From an uncultured Planctomycetota bacterium (GTDB lineage Bacteria; Planctomycetota; Planctomycetia; Isosphaerales; Isosphaeraceae): a DNA stretch of 64,000 nt. The stretch is taken from positions 1,632,001 through 1,696,000 of the forward strand of contig CAWGMQ010000008.1 in assembly GCA_963823665.1 (NCBI GenBank), in the 5' to 3' direction. A program made the translations under genes and the position numbers. Of the stretch, positions 1-10,037 are shown in pieces. Position 1 is the stretch's first letter; the number at the start of each line of letters is the position of its first letter. The notes below the pieces were generated by a model. That model was given only the letters and a program-made list of their open reading frames with translations. It made no database searches and had not been told where the DNA came from.

Positions 1-668
1 TTGTCGACCTGTGCGGGCTCGTGGATGAAGCTGGCGGTCTCGCGGGAACCGCGTGCATCCTGGCGGACCCAGCCGGTGAACGCCCGGGCGGCTTCGCGGA
101 TGTCGCGCTCGGTAAAGTTTCCGGGGCCCAAGGTGAAGAGCTCGAGGAACTCGCGGGCGAAGTTCTCGTTGGGCTTTTCCTTCCTGCTGGTTCCACCGTC
201 GAGCCAGACGAGCATCGCGGGATCAGTCACAATGGCTTCGAGGAGCGGCGCAAAGCTACCGAGGGCTTTTGAGCGCAGCGTCTCGTTCTGGGCGTCCATG
301 AGTGCGACGGACTCGACCTTCTTGTTGCTGGTGGCGAAGTGTCCGTGCCAGAAGAGGGTGAGCTTTTCGCGGAGCGGGTCTGGACCATGGAGGATGCGGT
401 TGAGCCAGCAGACCTTGAGCAGCTCGATGTTCGACGAGGTGCGCGCCGTCTGCCGCAAACTATCGATGGCTTCCTGGGCGTCGGTGGGGAGCTGCGCCGG
501 GTGAAAGAGATTCTCGACGCTACGGGCGGGGCCGGCCTGGAGGTCGCGGAGCAGCTCCGCGCGGGTGGCGCCGAAGCCGGCGCGGCGGTGCAGGTGGGCG
601 ACCTTGCGGAGGTTCCAGGGGGATTCTGGAGCCGGCTCGTACGGGGACCAGGGGGATTGGTTTGACAC
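1..668 (-). CDS. DUF1800 family protein (partial, runs off the window start)
   Basis: Manual minus-strand translation from GTG at 668: MSNQSPW...AHLHRRAGFGA...PLREKLTLFWHGHFATS...PAMLVWLD...PNENFAREFLELFTLG...DIREAARAFTGW, motifs typical of DUF1800. Confidence 0.85.
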   Translation of the reverse strand, partial: MSNQSPWSPYEPAPESPWNLRKVAHLHRRAGFGATRAELLRDLQAGPARSVENLFHPAQLPTDAQEAIDSLRQTARTSSNIELLKVCWLNRILHGPDPLREKLTLFWHGHFATSNKKVESVALMDAQNETLRSKALGSFAPLLEAIVTDPAMLVWLDGGTSRKEKPNENFAREFLELFTLGPGNFTERDIREAARAFTGWVRQDARGSRETASFIHEPAQVD

Positions 669-697
669 GGTATGCCTCACGTGGTTCGGCCAGTCAT

Positions 698-745
698 TCG
701 CACTCGGCCCTCACCCGGCCTGCGGCCACTTTCTACGCGGGTTGG
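698..745. repeat. Palindromic REP-like element (CCCTCACCCGGCC type), degenerate copy
   Basis: TCGCACTCGGCCCTCACCCGGCCT at 698-721 is identical to 12976-12999; both lie just 3' of an ECF gene. Confidence 0.65.
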
Positions 746-749
746 GATC

Positions 750-3665
750 TCATCGAGTTTGTGGTTTTTCGACCAGGATGTCACCAAGGTCCAGCGTTTC
801 GCCGGGCTTGACGGTGAAGTCTTTGCGGATCTGCAAGCCTTTCTGGTCATTCGCTAGCGACCAGTCGACGATGCGGTACGGCGCGCGTGGGATCAGGTCA
901 GGTAACGTGATTCTACCGTCGGAGTCGGTTACGGGGCCATGCGGGCGCACGTAGTGGTCTGGATCGATGCTGGCCACCCATGTCTCATCGGCTGCTAACT
1001 GGCTTCCTCTGTCGATTGAGCCGGTGTGAACCGATCCTGGAGTCATGATCAGCTTGAAATACGACCCCATCTCGAGCTTCTGGATTGGCTTGCCGTCGGG
1101 CCCGACGAACCGGGCCTTAGCCTGGCCGCAGGGCTCGAGGCGGACTGTCAGTTCCTCGCTGGCCTGCTTGCCCGAGATTTCCACCGCCGCGCCCCATCGG
1201 TGCTCGGCGTCGAGGAAATAAACCGGCGATTTCTTGTCGGGGTCGAATCCATGCAGCTCGAACCGGCCGTGATGAGCCTGAGTGTAGTTGTGCGTGAGCC
1301 ACACGAGGTTGATGGGGTCGAGCTGCTGGCGGCTGAGCATGACAGCGTCTCGCACCTCCTCGCCCGACGGACCGGACACACGGCCCCGCAGGGTCTTGCC
1401 GGGGTTCAGGGTGGAAGAGATCGTCAAGAACGAGTCACCGGCCTTGCATTCGTAGGCGATGATGTCGTGGGCGTATAATCGCCAGCCGCCGGGCTGACCG
1501 CTTGCATAGAGCTTTCCGCCGCTGATCTCCTGGGGAATAAAGTCGAGGGTGGGAGCCACGATCATCAGGTGTCCCTTGCCGGGCGGCACAGCGACTTGAA
1601 ACGCGCCATCGTCTTTGCTCCTCACGATGGCCTCAAAACCATCGATGATGTCGGGCGGTGGCTTGATGGGGACGAACTGGACGCTCGCCCCCGCGACTGG
1701 CCGGCCGGTCCCGTTCTCGGTCACCTTGCCGTGGATCAAGACGCCGCGCGGCAGTGTGAGGTCAAGTTCCTTCTTGACGGCTCCCTTTGTCCAGGCGAAT
1801 TCGTGCTCGCGGGCGAGATAGGGCTGGCCCTCAGGGGGAAAGGCTCGCATGCGAAAGTAATCGCCCGAGAAAGGGCTGATCTTGAACCGGCCTTCGTCAT
1901 CGGCCCGGAATTTGGTTGTGAACATCCCGCCAAAGGAGCCGAAGCTTGCTCGTACGGAGATCACGGCGCCCTTGATCGGCTGGAGGGTGTCGGCGGCCAG
2001 TGCGCGGCCTTCGATGATCTTCGCGGGATGGAGGGCCAGCGTGACTTCCTTCGAGTCGTCTCGATCCGCGGCCGGGAAGTCGAATCGCTGCTGTGCGAAG
2101 CGGGGGTCCTGGATGAACAGGATGACGGAGAGGCCGCGGCCGATGCCGGCGAGTGTGAATCGGCCCTTGGCGTCGCTCTTGACGCTCTTCGGCCAGGCGC
2201 GAAGCTCCTGCGGAGGAAGAGCCCAGGGGTAGCCGAAACCGAGGTAGAAGCTGTCGAAGTTTCCGGCGCCGGCCAGGGGCGAGACGCTCTGCACGCGATT
2301 GAAAGAGACATCCACTCCCGCGGCCGGCTCACCGCTCAGATCGACCAGCCGGCCGCGAATGAGCTGTTCCGGCCGGAGGCGCAACTCGAGCGCGGTCTCC
2401 CCGGCATCGGGGTGCACGCGGAGGCATCCGAAGCCGGAGCCCGGGCCCGCGGCGCCGGCCAGGGCGTACACCTCGAGGAAACGAGCCGACGAGACACCCG
2501 CCGCCTCGATGCGGAAGCGTCCATCGGCGTCAGTCGCCGCCTGGCCGAGCAACACGAAGGCATTCTTTTCCACGTCGGTTCCCGCGGCCGGAGTGCGAGA
2601 CACGCCGATCACGTCGATCGGCACGCCTGAGGCGGACTTGCCGGCCGGGTCGAGAACACGGCCGGTGAGCGTCATCCGGCCCGGCGTCGGAGTGTCGGGC
2701 ATTGGCGAACGAGGGCTGTGCGGTGCGGCGATCGGCAACGTTCCGGCCAATAAGGCGCTCATGCGTTCGTTCTCCGTCGCGAGCTGGCGATTGACGTAGC
2801 CTGCGCCGGTGGCGATGCTCCCAAGGAGGAACAGGGACAGCAGAGTGAGTTTGAGCTTGGTCGCCAGCATGGACCTCAGCACCTCCTGGGCCAGGACCGA
2901 GGCCAAGGGTGCGGCGGATTGGCCGGCGACGAACCGGATCGCGGCACGCGCGGTCATCTCGCACAGGTAGGATGAGACCGACGCCGAGGCGTAACGCGCG
3001 GAAAGGGCAGCGGCAATTCCAGCGGCGGGCAGGACGACACCGCGCCGGGTGAGCGCTCGCTTGAGCTTTTCGCGGGCGCGGGCCATCCGGCTGCGAAGTG
3101 TTCCGTGCGAGCAGCGGAGCCGGCGGGCGGCCTCGTGGACGGTGAGCCCTTCGAGGTAGCACAAGACGACGGGAAGCCGGAATGCACGGGGTAGACGCTC
3201 GATCTCGTTGTGCAGCAGCTCGGCTTGTTCGACGCTCAGGAAAACCTTCTCGGCTGAGGGGGCGGCGACGCGCGACGCAGCGTTTGACATCAGGGCGGCC
3301 TCCTCGTTCTTACGGCGACGATCGAGCTGGTGCCTGGCATGCCGGCAGGTGCGGAGAGCGACGCCGTAGAGCCAGTTCCCGAGCAAATCGGCATCGCGGA
3401 TCGAGTGTGCCTTTTGAGCCAGAATGACGAAAACCGCCTGGAATGCATCTTCAGCATGCTGGCGGTCGTGCAGCAACTCGGTGCAGACGCCAAGCACCAG
3501 CGGGCCGTGACGGAGCACGAGCGCGGCGAACGCGGACTCGGCGGCCGCGTCTCGTCGTGCGGTGAAGCGGTCGAGGAGCTGGCGGTCGGAGAGTCCGGCG
3601 ACGGAGCGGCCCTCGAAGAGGGCTTCGATCTGCCGGACCACCGAGCCGGATGCTATGGTCGACAT
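750..3665 (-). CDS. ECF sigma-70 factor with TM helix and long C-terminal carboxypeptidase-regulatory-like repeats (ECF57/ECF01-Gob-like), copy 1
   Basis: SDRQLLDRF, HAEDAFQAVF, WLYGVALR, LPRAFRLPVVLCYLEG, GTLRSRMARAR; hydrophobic helix after KLKL; repeated GRV.D..G.P..G / TD..GRF units. Confidence 0.9.
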   Translation of the reverse strand: MSTIASGSVVRQIEALFEGRSVAGLSDRQLLDRFTARRDAAAESAFAALVLRHGPLVLGVCTELLHDRQHAEDAFQAVFVILAQKAHSIRDADLLGNWLYGVALRTCRHARHQLDRRRKNEEAALMSNAASRVAAPSAEKVFLSVEQAELLHNEIERLPRAFRLPVVLCYLEGLTVHEAARRLRCSHGTLRSRMARAREKLKRALTRRGVVLPAAGIAAALSARYASASVSSYLCEMTARAAIRFVAGQSAAPLASVLAQEVLRSMLATKLKLTLLSLFLLGSIATGAGYVNRQLATENERMSALLAGTLPIAAPHSPRSPMPDTPTPGRMTLTGRVLDPAGKSASGVPIDVIGVSRTPAAGTDVEKNAFVLLGQAATDADGRFRIEAAGVSSARFLEVYALAGAAGPGSGFGCLRVHPDAGETALELRLRPEQLIRGRLVDLSGEPAAGVDVSFNRVQSVSPLAGAGNFDSFYLGFGYPWALPPQELRAWPKSVKSDAKGRFTLAGIGRGLSVILFIQDPRFAQQRFDFPAADRDDSKEVTLALHPAKIIEGRALAADTLQPIKGAVISVRASFGSFGGMFTTKFRADDEGRFKISPFSGDYFRMRAFPPEGQPYLAREHEFAWTKGAVKKELDLTLPRGVLIHGKVTENGTGRPVAGASVQFVPIKPPPDIIDGFEAIVRSKDDGAFQVAVPPGKGHLMIVAPTLDFIPQEISGGKLYASGQPGGWRLYAHDIIAYECKAGDSFLTISSTLNPGKTLRGRVSGPSGEEVRDAVMLSRQQLDPINLVWLTHNYTQAHHGRFELHGFDPDKKSPVYFLDAEHRWGAAVEISGKQASEELTVRLEPCGQAKARFVGPDGKPIQKLEMGSYFKLIMTPGSVHTGSIDRGSQLAADETWVASIDPDHYVRPHGPVTDSDGRITLPDLIPRAPYRIVDWSLANDQKGLQIRKDFTVKPGETLDLGDILVEKPQTR

Positions 3666-3712
3666 CGCCGCAGGCCTCCTCGACCCGTCGTGAATCTCTT
3701 TCTTACATCAGG

Positions 3713-3741
3713 TACTGCCTCGCTCTCGGATATCGTATCCC
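3713..3741 (-). promoter_or_regulatory. Putative ECF promoter GGGATAC-N17-CAGTA
   Basis: Minus strand GGGATACgatatccgagagcgaggCAGTA, 48 nt before the ATG; same motif and spacing precede all five ECF genes. Confidence 0.75.
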
Positions 3742-3800
3742 GGTTTGTGGGTGAAATCGCGGAGAGACTGTGCGAGAGACAAGAAAGGGGGGGCGAAGTC

Positions 3801-6698
3801 TTAGCGGCCTGACGGCTTCTCGATCAGGATGTCGCCCAAGTCGACAGTTTCGCCGGGCTTGACGGTGAAGCTCTTCCGGACTCGAGAGCCCGACGGACCG
3901 CCCACGAGGTCGACGATTCGATAGTTCGCACCGGGGATCAGAGCTGGGAATCTGATGCGGCCCTCGGGGTCGGACACAGGCGCTTTCGCGTAATTGATGG
4001 GATCAATGGCGAACAGCCGACCCACCTGGCCGCGGAGGCTGTTCGCGTCCGCGGGGGTGCGGCTTCCTGGGTCTCGATCCGGAATGATGATCGTGGAGAT
4101 CATGTACTCGTGGTGGTAGCCGGCGATCGGCCGGCCGTGAGCGTCGAGCAGGCGAGCTGTGGCCGCGCCGCAAGGCTCGAGGCGAATGGTGAGTGGTCCG
4201 CCGGCGGCGGACTTTCCCGAGAGCTGCGCCGTTGCGCCGAGCCTGCGCTTCGGGTCGAGGAAGTACACAGGAAGTACCCGGTCGGGGTCGAGGCCGTGCA
4301 GCTCGAACCCGCCATTGACGGCGTTGCCGTGATAGTTATCCCGCCAGATGCGCCATGCCGGGGCACTCTGACCGAGGATCTGCTGGCCGATGATCCAGAC
4401 GTCGTTGACAGGTTTCTCGTCCGGCCCGACGAAGCGGCCGGCAACCGTGATGCCACGGCGAAGAGTGACGCGGACTTCCAGTGCGAGCCCGCCCGGCTGT
4501 GGGTCGCAGGCAACGAAGCTGTGGGAATAGATACGCGTGCCACCTTGCTGGCCGCGAAAGAACTCGCGATTGCCGATTTCGCGAAGCACAAAATCTTCGG
4601 TTGGCGCGAGCACGGCAAGATGACCCGCTACCGGTGGTGCGGCAAGCTCGAACGAACCATCGGCGCCCGTCTCCGATTGGCCGTCGCTCTGGTAGGCTCC
4701 GCCGTCCGCGCGAGTGTGTGGCTTGAAGTGCACCGATGCACCCACCACGGGACGGTTCGATCCCTCCTCCGTTACCTTGCCACGAATGACGACACCCTTT
4801 GGAAGGACGAGGTCGATCGACTGCTCGATCGCGCCCTTGGGCCAATCAATTCGCTTCTGAGTGGCGAGGCAAAGTTGACCGAGAGGAGGTAAGGCGGTTA
4901 CGAAAAAAAGTTCGCCCGGCCAGGGGTTCGCGCGAAACCGGCCGTCGGCATCGGTTGTGAAGCTGGCTGACCGCGACCCGCGCTGCGCCTCGCCTGTGGA
5001 AGTGATTTCAACCCGTGCGTGCGGGACGGGTCTGCCGGAGTCGGCAAGAGTCACGCGGCCGGTGATGATCTGGGCGGGCTGGAGCGAGCTCGAAACGGCC
5101 TTTGCGCCACGCGCATCGTCCGTGGCGAGCTCGATCATCTGGGGAGCAAATCGCGGGTCGACGACGTTAAGCCGGATTTCGAGCCCGCGACCGACGCCAT
5201 GCACAGTAAACCGTCCGTCTGCGTCGGTCGTCGCGGGCTTGGGCCAGCCGGGAATGTCGTTGACGCGGGCCCACGAGAAGATCGGTCCTTCCGACGTGAT
5301 GCGACCGTCCAGTTGAGGTCCTGAGTCCGGAACGAGGACGCGCCGGATCCCGACGACGGACACCACGACGCCCTGGGCTGGCCGGCCGGTCAGGTCGAGC
5401 AGGCGGCCGTGGATAAGCTGTTCGGGCTCGAGCGAGATATCGCCCGCGGGCTGGTCTGCGTCAGGGTCGACATTGACCCAACCGGTGCCGTAGCCGGGGG
5501 CCAGCGCTACGACAGTGAATTCGTCACTCCGCGACGACGAGGTGCGAGGCGTGTCGAGCCGGAACCGACCGGATTCGTCGCCATTCGCATGCGCAATCAC
5601 AATCGCATAACGTCCTTCGTCACCGGCGCCAGGCCGCAAGAACTTGGGCCTGGCGGATGCGATCACCGTTGCACCCGGCACCGGTTTGCCCTGCGGATCG
5701 AGCACTCGGCCTACCACGAACATGCGGCCGGGTGCGGGCTTTGCGCTCGTGTCGTCCGGCTTCACCACGGCAGGTGTTTGCCGGGCAGGCTGAGGCGATT
5801 CGGGCGAGTTCCTCGCCAAAGCACGCGTCAGATAGCCAGCGCTTACGGCCACGGCGCCGACGAAAAGCATCGCCATCGAGACGAATTTCAGCTTGTGAAA
5901 GAGCATCGATCGAAGCACCTCCCGGGCGAGGACTGCTGCCAGCGGCGCGGCGGACGGGCCGACGGCGAAGGAAATCGCGGCACGCGCGGTTGTTTCGCAC
6001 AGATGGAATGAAACCGATGCCGAGGCGGAGCCCGGTGACAAAGCCGCGGCAAGTGCGGCTGCCGGCGCGATTATGCCGCGGCGAGTGAGGCCGCGCCTGA
6101 GCTTTTCGCGGGCGCGGACCAAGCGACTGTGGATCGTTCCTGCCGGGCAGCGGAGGCGCAGGGCGGCCTGGTCCAGCGTCAGGCCCTCGAAATAGCAAAG
6201 CACGACCGGGATGCGGAACACGCCGGGCAACTGCTCAATCTCGGCGTGCAGAGTTTCGGCATGTTCGTGGGCTATTGCCACCTGTTCGGCCGTGTTCGAT
6301 GTGCTGGCTTCTGGTTGGATCATGGTACGGTTCTCTTCGTTCTTACGCTGGCGGGCCAGACGGGCTCTGGCTTTGCGCGCGGTGCGAAGCGCGATTCCGT
6401 AGAGCCAGTTGCTGAGCAGGTCCGGATCGCGGATGGAGCGGGCACGGCTTGCCAGAACCAGGAAGACGGCCTGGAACGCGTCTTCGGCGTGCTGTCGATC
6501 GCCCAAGAGCCTGCGGCAGATGCCAAGGACCATCGGACCGTGCCGAGCGACCAGTGCGGCGAATGCGTCTTCGCCGGTCGAGTCGCGCTCGGTGATGAAA
6601 CGCTCGACGAGCTGGCGGTCGGAGAGGCCGGCGATGGTGCCGCTGTCGTAGAGCGACTCGATGTGCCGGACTATGGAATGAGTCGTTACGTTGGACAT
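3801..6698 (-). CDS. ECF sigma factor with TM and C-terminal beta-sandwich repeats, copy 2
   Basis: Same architecture as copy 1; start placed at MSNVTT by comparison with the paralogues. Confidence 0.9.
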   Translation of the reverse strand: MSNVTTHSIVRHIESLYDSGTIAGLSDRQLVERFITERDSTGEDAFAALVARHGPMVLGICRRLLGDRQHAEDAFQAVFLVLASRARSIRDPDLLSNWLYGIALRTARKARARLARQRKNEENRTMIQPEASTSNTAEQVAIAHEHAETLHAEIEQLPGVFRIPVVLCYFEGLTLDQAALRLRCPAGTIHSRLVRAREKLRRGLTRRGIIAPAAALAAALSPGSASASVSFHLCETTARAAISFAVGPSAAPLAAVLAREVLRSMLFHKLKFVSMAMLFVGAVAVSAGYLTRALARNSPESPQPARQTPAVVKPDDTSAKPAPGRMFVVGRVLDPQGKPVPGATVIASARPKFLRPGAGDEGRYAIVIAHANGDESGRFRLDTPRTSSSRSDEFTVVALAPGYGTGWVNVDPDADQPAGDISLEPEQLIHGRLLDLTGRPAQGVVVSVVGIRRVLVPDSGPQLDGRITSEGPIFSWARVNDIPGWPKPATTDADGRFTVHGVGRGLEIRLNVVDPRFAPQMIELATDDARGAKAVSSSLQPAQIITGRVTLADSGRPVPHARVEITSTGEAQRGSRSASFTTDADGRFRANPWPGELFFVTALPPLGQLCLATQKRIDWPKGAIEQSIDLVLPKGVVIRGKVTEEGSNRPVVGASVHFKPHTRADGGAYQSDGQSETGADGSFELAAPPVAGHLAVLAPTEDFVLREIGNREFFRGQQGGTRIYSHSFVACDPQPGGLALEVRVTLRRGITVAGRFVGPDEKPVNDVWIIGQQILGQSAPAWRIWRDNYHGNAVNGGFELHGLDPDRVLPVYFLDPKRRLGATAQLSGKSAAGGPLTIRLEPCGAATARLLDAHGRPIAGYHHEYMISTIIIPDRDPGSRTPADANSLRGQVGRLFAIDPINYAKAPVSDPEGRIRFPALIPGANYRIVDLVGGPSGSRVRKSFTVKPGETVDLGDILIEKPSGR

Positions 6699-6788
6699 TT
6701 CGCTCGCTCCGCGTCGCACTCTTCATCACTTTCCACCGCTTCTTCAAGCGGGTTTTCGCGATTCCGGGACACGGCGCTCCGCGCTCTG

Positions 6789-6887
6789 GCGAGCGCCGGC
6801 GCAGCTCGGCGGGAGCCTCGCACTCCCGAAATCATGAGCGAGCGCCGGCGCAGCTCGGCGGGAGCCTCGCCATCCCGAAATCATGAG
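6789..6887. repeat. Tandem duplication (49-nt period) of a GCTCGGCGGGAGCCTCGC palindromic element
   Basis: GCGAGCGCCGGCGCAGCTCGGCGGGAGCCTCGC(AC/CA)TCCCGAAATCATGA starts at 6789 and again at 6838. Confidence 0.85.
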
Positions 6888-6898
6888 ACACCGCTGCA

Positions 6899-6927
6899 TA
6901 CTGCCCGGACAGTGGTCCATTTGTCCC
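6899..6927 (-). promoter_or_regulatory. Putative ECF promoter GGGACAA-N17-CAGTA
   Basis: Minus strand GGGACAAatggaccactgtccgggCAGTA. Confidence 0.65.
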
Positions 6928-6986
6928 ACTTTGTTTGGCAAGTCGCCAGAGAAAAGCGATTGACCGCCGAACGCGGCAGCCCGGAG

Positions 6987-7011
6987 TCGGGAGACGGAGC
7001 TCCCTCCTACA
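6987..7011 (-). repeat. GTAG-type REP-like hairpin
   Basis: Minus strand TGTAGGAGGGAGCTCCGTCTCCCGA: GTAG followed by a GGGAG...CTCCC stem. Confidence 0.55.
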
Positions 7012-7106
7012 AACCAATCACGAAGGGGCAGGCGCTGTCGGGCGACGTTTCTAATTATCGCAGGTCATTTGAAAGTCAGTGATCCGCGGGTCATTCACGG
7101 CATCGC

Positions 7107-9929
7107 TTATCGCGATGGCTTCTCGATCAGAATGTCGCCGAGATCGAGCGTCTCACCGGACTTGACGGTGAAATCTCTACGCACCTGGACGCCTTTGTTT
7201 TCGTCGTTCACGGTCGACCAGTCGTTGATCCGATAGGTCGCACCGGGGATCAGGTCCGGAAGCGTGATCCGGCCGCCCTGGTCGGTGAACTGGCCATTCC
7301 AGTAGTGTTTGCGGTCGAGGTTGATGACGGCGGCCGCGTCGGCGGCGAGCTGTGCTTGTGCTTCGGCGGTTCTTGTCCGCGAAGAGGGGCCGCTGCTGCC
7401 GAGGATTTCGAGCTGGGGAGAGATTCTGGGGATCGGTTTGCCGTCTGGCGTGACGAAGCGAGCTTTTGCCTGGCCGCATGGCAGGAGCTGGACCTCGATG
7501 TCTTTGCCGGACTGCTTGCCCGAGAGATCGACGGTCGCGCCCCACTGATGATCGGCGTCGAGGAACGAGACGCGGGTGGGTTTTTCAGGATCGAGCCCGT
7601 GCAGCTCGAAGGATCCATCGCGGGCGTGAATTGTGAGATCGCCGCGCCAGTTGACGTGGAAGTAGTTGAAGTGAAGCAATGCGACGATCTCGGCCTTGTC
7701 GACTGTTTGACCGGCCGGACCGATCAGGCGCCCCTTGACGATCATGCCCGGGCGAAGCTCGGAATGGATCTCGTGCGGTGAATCACCGGCCTTGACTTCC
7801 CAGGGGATGATGTCGTGGGCGTAGTAGCGTTCTCCGCCGGGCTTGCCCGAATAGCGGATGCGTTCGCCGATCGCTTCGAGTACGTAGTCGGGAGTCGGGC
7901 CATAGACGAACAGATGCCCTTTTCCGGGAGGGACGACGATCTGATACGAGCCGTCATCCTTGGTGGTCACGACGTTTTGCCAGCCCTGGATCACGCCGGC
8001 CCTTGAACGAGCCGCGAGCCATTGCACGCTTGCGCCGGCGATCGAGCGGCCGGAACCTTGTTCGATCACCTTGCCGCAGAGCAACACACCGCGCGGGAGC
8101 TTCAAGTCTTGCGTCTTCTTGACCGTTCCCTTGGGGCAGGACACATCCTGCTCGATTGCGAGATAGGGACTGCCTTCTGGGGGAAACACTTCGGCACGGT
8201 AATGGGTGACTGGGCGAACGTTCGTTGTGTATTGTCCGTGCTCGTCGGTGCGGACGTGCACGCCCGAGGACATCGAGATCACCGTGCCGGGAATCGGTTC
8301 GCCCGTGTCGGCGGCGAGGACCTGGCCGTCGATGATGGTTGCGGGCTGGAGGGTCTGTGAAAACTCCTTCGGGCCATCGCGCGTATCGGTCTGGATGCGG
8401 AAGTTCTGGCCGGCGAAACGGCCGTCGCGGACGCTGACGGCCACCGTGACATCGCGACCGATTCCTGAGAGCGTGAGCCGGCCCTGGTCGTCGGTCGTTA
8501 CCGGACGAGGCCAGTTGCCTAGCGCGTCGGGTACGTGGGAGCTGCCAATGTTGACGCCGTCAAACGTGCCGATCTTGGTAGGACGGCCGACGCTCGAGAT
8601 CTGGAGCTTGACTTTGGGAATTGGCTGTCCGTTCACGTCGAATAGCTTGCCGCGAATGACCTGCTCAGGCAGGAGGCGGATCTCGACTGTGGGCGCGCCG
8701 GCATTGGCGTTGAGCTCGGCCCAGCCGAGGCCGAAGCCGGGTGCCGCGGCCAGGGCGTAAACTTCGAAGAACCGTGTGAACGAGGTGCGGGACGCTTCGA
8801 GGCTGAAGCGGCCGCCGGCCGTCGAGAGGCCGCGGCCGAGCACGCGATGGCGCTCCGGGTCGACCACGGTGCGTACCCAGGGCTCACGAGGGCGGCCGAT
8901 GATCTCGACCGGAACGCCGGCCATTTCCTTGCCGGAGGGATCGAGGATTCGGCCGGTGACAAACATTCGGCCGGGTGGTGGAGTTCGATCGATCGGCAGA
9001 GCCGCGTCAGCGCTTTTGGCGACAGGTCGTGTGATTTTCCGGTCCTGGGTCTGCGCCGCGGCCGGTGCCAGGCAGAACGCGCACGTGGCACCCGCGGCAA
9101 TCAACAGTAACGAGAGTGCGGTCAGCTTCAACGTGTTCACGAGCATGGATCGCAGCACCGCTTGCGCGAGAGGCGCAACTGAGAGGCCGGCAGCGAACTC
9201 AACCGCGGCGTGAGCGGTCGTTTCGCACAAGCGGGGCGCCACGGACGCGGAGGCTGCACGCGACCAGAGCGTGGCGGCCAGGGCGGCTGCGGGCAAGACG
9301 ATGTCGCGGCGGTTGAGGCCATGCTTGAGCTTTTCACGCGCGCGGGCCATCCGGCTGCGGATCGTGCCATGGGAGCAACCGAGGCGCCGGGCGGTCTCGT
9401 GAACGGTGAGTCCCTCGAGGTAACAGAGCACGACCGGGAGTCGGAATGCACGTGGCAATCGCTCGATCTCGTCGTGCAGCAACTCGGCCTGTTCGCAGGT
9501 CAGAACCGCCTGCTCGGCTGATGAGGCGGCGATGCTCGAAGCGGCACTGAAGACGGGCATGGCCACCTCGTTCCTGCGACGGCGGACGAGCTGGTGGCGG
9601 AGATGACGGCATGTGCGGATGGTGACACCATAGAGCCAGTTCCCGAGCAGGTCGAGATCGCGGATGGAGTGTGCCTTGCGAGCGAGCACCAGGAAAACAG
9701 CCTGGAAGGCATCTTCTGCGTCGTGGCTGTCGTGTAGAAACTCGTTGCAGACGCCGAGGACCAACGGGCCGTGCCGTCGTACCACGGCGGCGAACGCCGC
9801 CTCACCGGCTGCGTCTCGCCGCGCGGTAAAACGATCGAGGAGCTGGCGGTCGGACATGGCGGCGACTGAGGTCCCGTCGAAGAGCGACCCGATTTGCCGG
9901 ACGAACGAGTTTGTCGCTATTGATGTCAT
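7107..9929 (-). CDS. ECF sigma factor with TM and C-terminal beta-sandwich repeats, copy 3
   Basis: DAEDAFQAVF, GTIRSRMARAR; start placed at MTSIAT because the upstream extension of the ORF call overlaps the promoter motif. Confidence 0.9.
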   Translation of the reverse strand: MTSIATNSFVRQIGSLFDGTSVAAMSDRQLLDRFTARRDAAGEAAFAAVVRRHGPLVLGVCNEFLHDSHDAEDAFQAVFLVLARKAHSIRDLDLLGNWLYGVTIRTCRHLRHQLVRRRRNEVAMPVFSAASSIAASSAEQAVLTCEQAELLHDEIERLPRAFRLPVVLCYLEGLTVHETARRLGCSHGTIRSRMARAREKLKHGLNRRDIVLPAAALAATLWSRAASASVAPRLCETTAHAAVEFAAGLSVAPLAQAVLRSMLVNTLKLTALSLLLIAAGATCAFCLAPAAAQTQDRKITRPVAKSADAALPIDRTPPPGRMFVTGRILDPSGKEMAGVPVEIIGRPREPWVRTVVDPERHRVLGRGLSTAGGRFSLEASRTSFTRFFEVYALAAAPGFGLGWAELNANAGAPTVEIRLLPEQVIRGKLFDVNGQPIPKVKLQISSVGRPTKIGTFDGVNIGSSHVPDALGNWPRPVTTDDQGRLTLSGIGRDVTVAVSVRDGRFAGQNFRIQTDTRDGPKEFSQTLQPATIIDGQVLAADTGEPIPGTVISMSSGVHVRTDEHGQYTTNVRPVTHYRAEVFPPEGSPYLAIEQDVSCPKGTVKKTQDLKLPRGVLLCGKVIEQGSGRSIAGASVQWLAARSRAGVIQGWQNVVTTKDDGSYQIVVPPGKGHLFVYGPTPDYVLEAIGERIRYSGKPGGERYYAHDIIPWEVKAGDSPHEIHSELRPGMIVKGRLIGPAGQTVDKAEIVALLHFNYFHVNWRGDLTIHARDGSFELHGLDPEKPTRVSFLDADHQWGATVDLSGKQSGKDIEVQLLPCGQAKARFVTPDGKPIPRISPQLEILGSSGPSSRTRTAEAQAQLAADAAAVINLDRKHYWNGQFTDQGGRITLPDLIPGATYRINDWSTVNDENKGVQVRRDFTVKSGETLDLGDILIEKPSR

Positions 9930-9972
9930 TTTCGCAGACTCCCTGCGCCGTGAATCATCGTACCACGGCAGG

Positions 9973-10001
9973 TACTGCCTCTCTCGAGAATAGCGTATCC
10001 C
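9973..10001 (-). promoter_or_regulatory. Putative ECF promoter GGGATAC-N17-CAGTA
   Basis: Minus strand GGGATACgctattctcgagagaggCAGTA, 44 nt before the ATG. Confidence 0.75.
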
Positions 10002-10037
10002 GACTTTCCGAGTTTGGCGAGAATTAACGAGCGTCAT

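Noticed and set aside
6789..6887. Possible mini-CRISPR
   Set aside because: Two directly abutting copies with no spacer; a tandem duplication.
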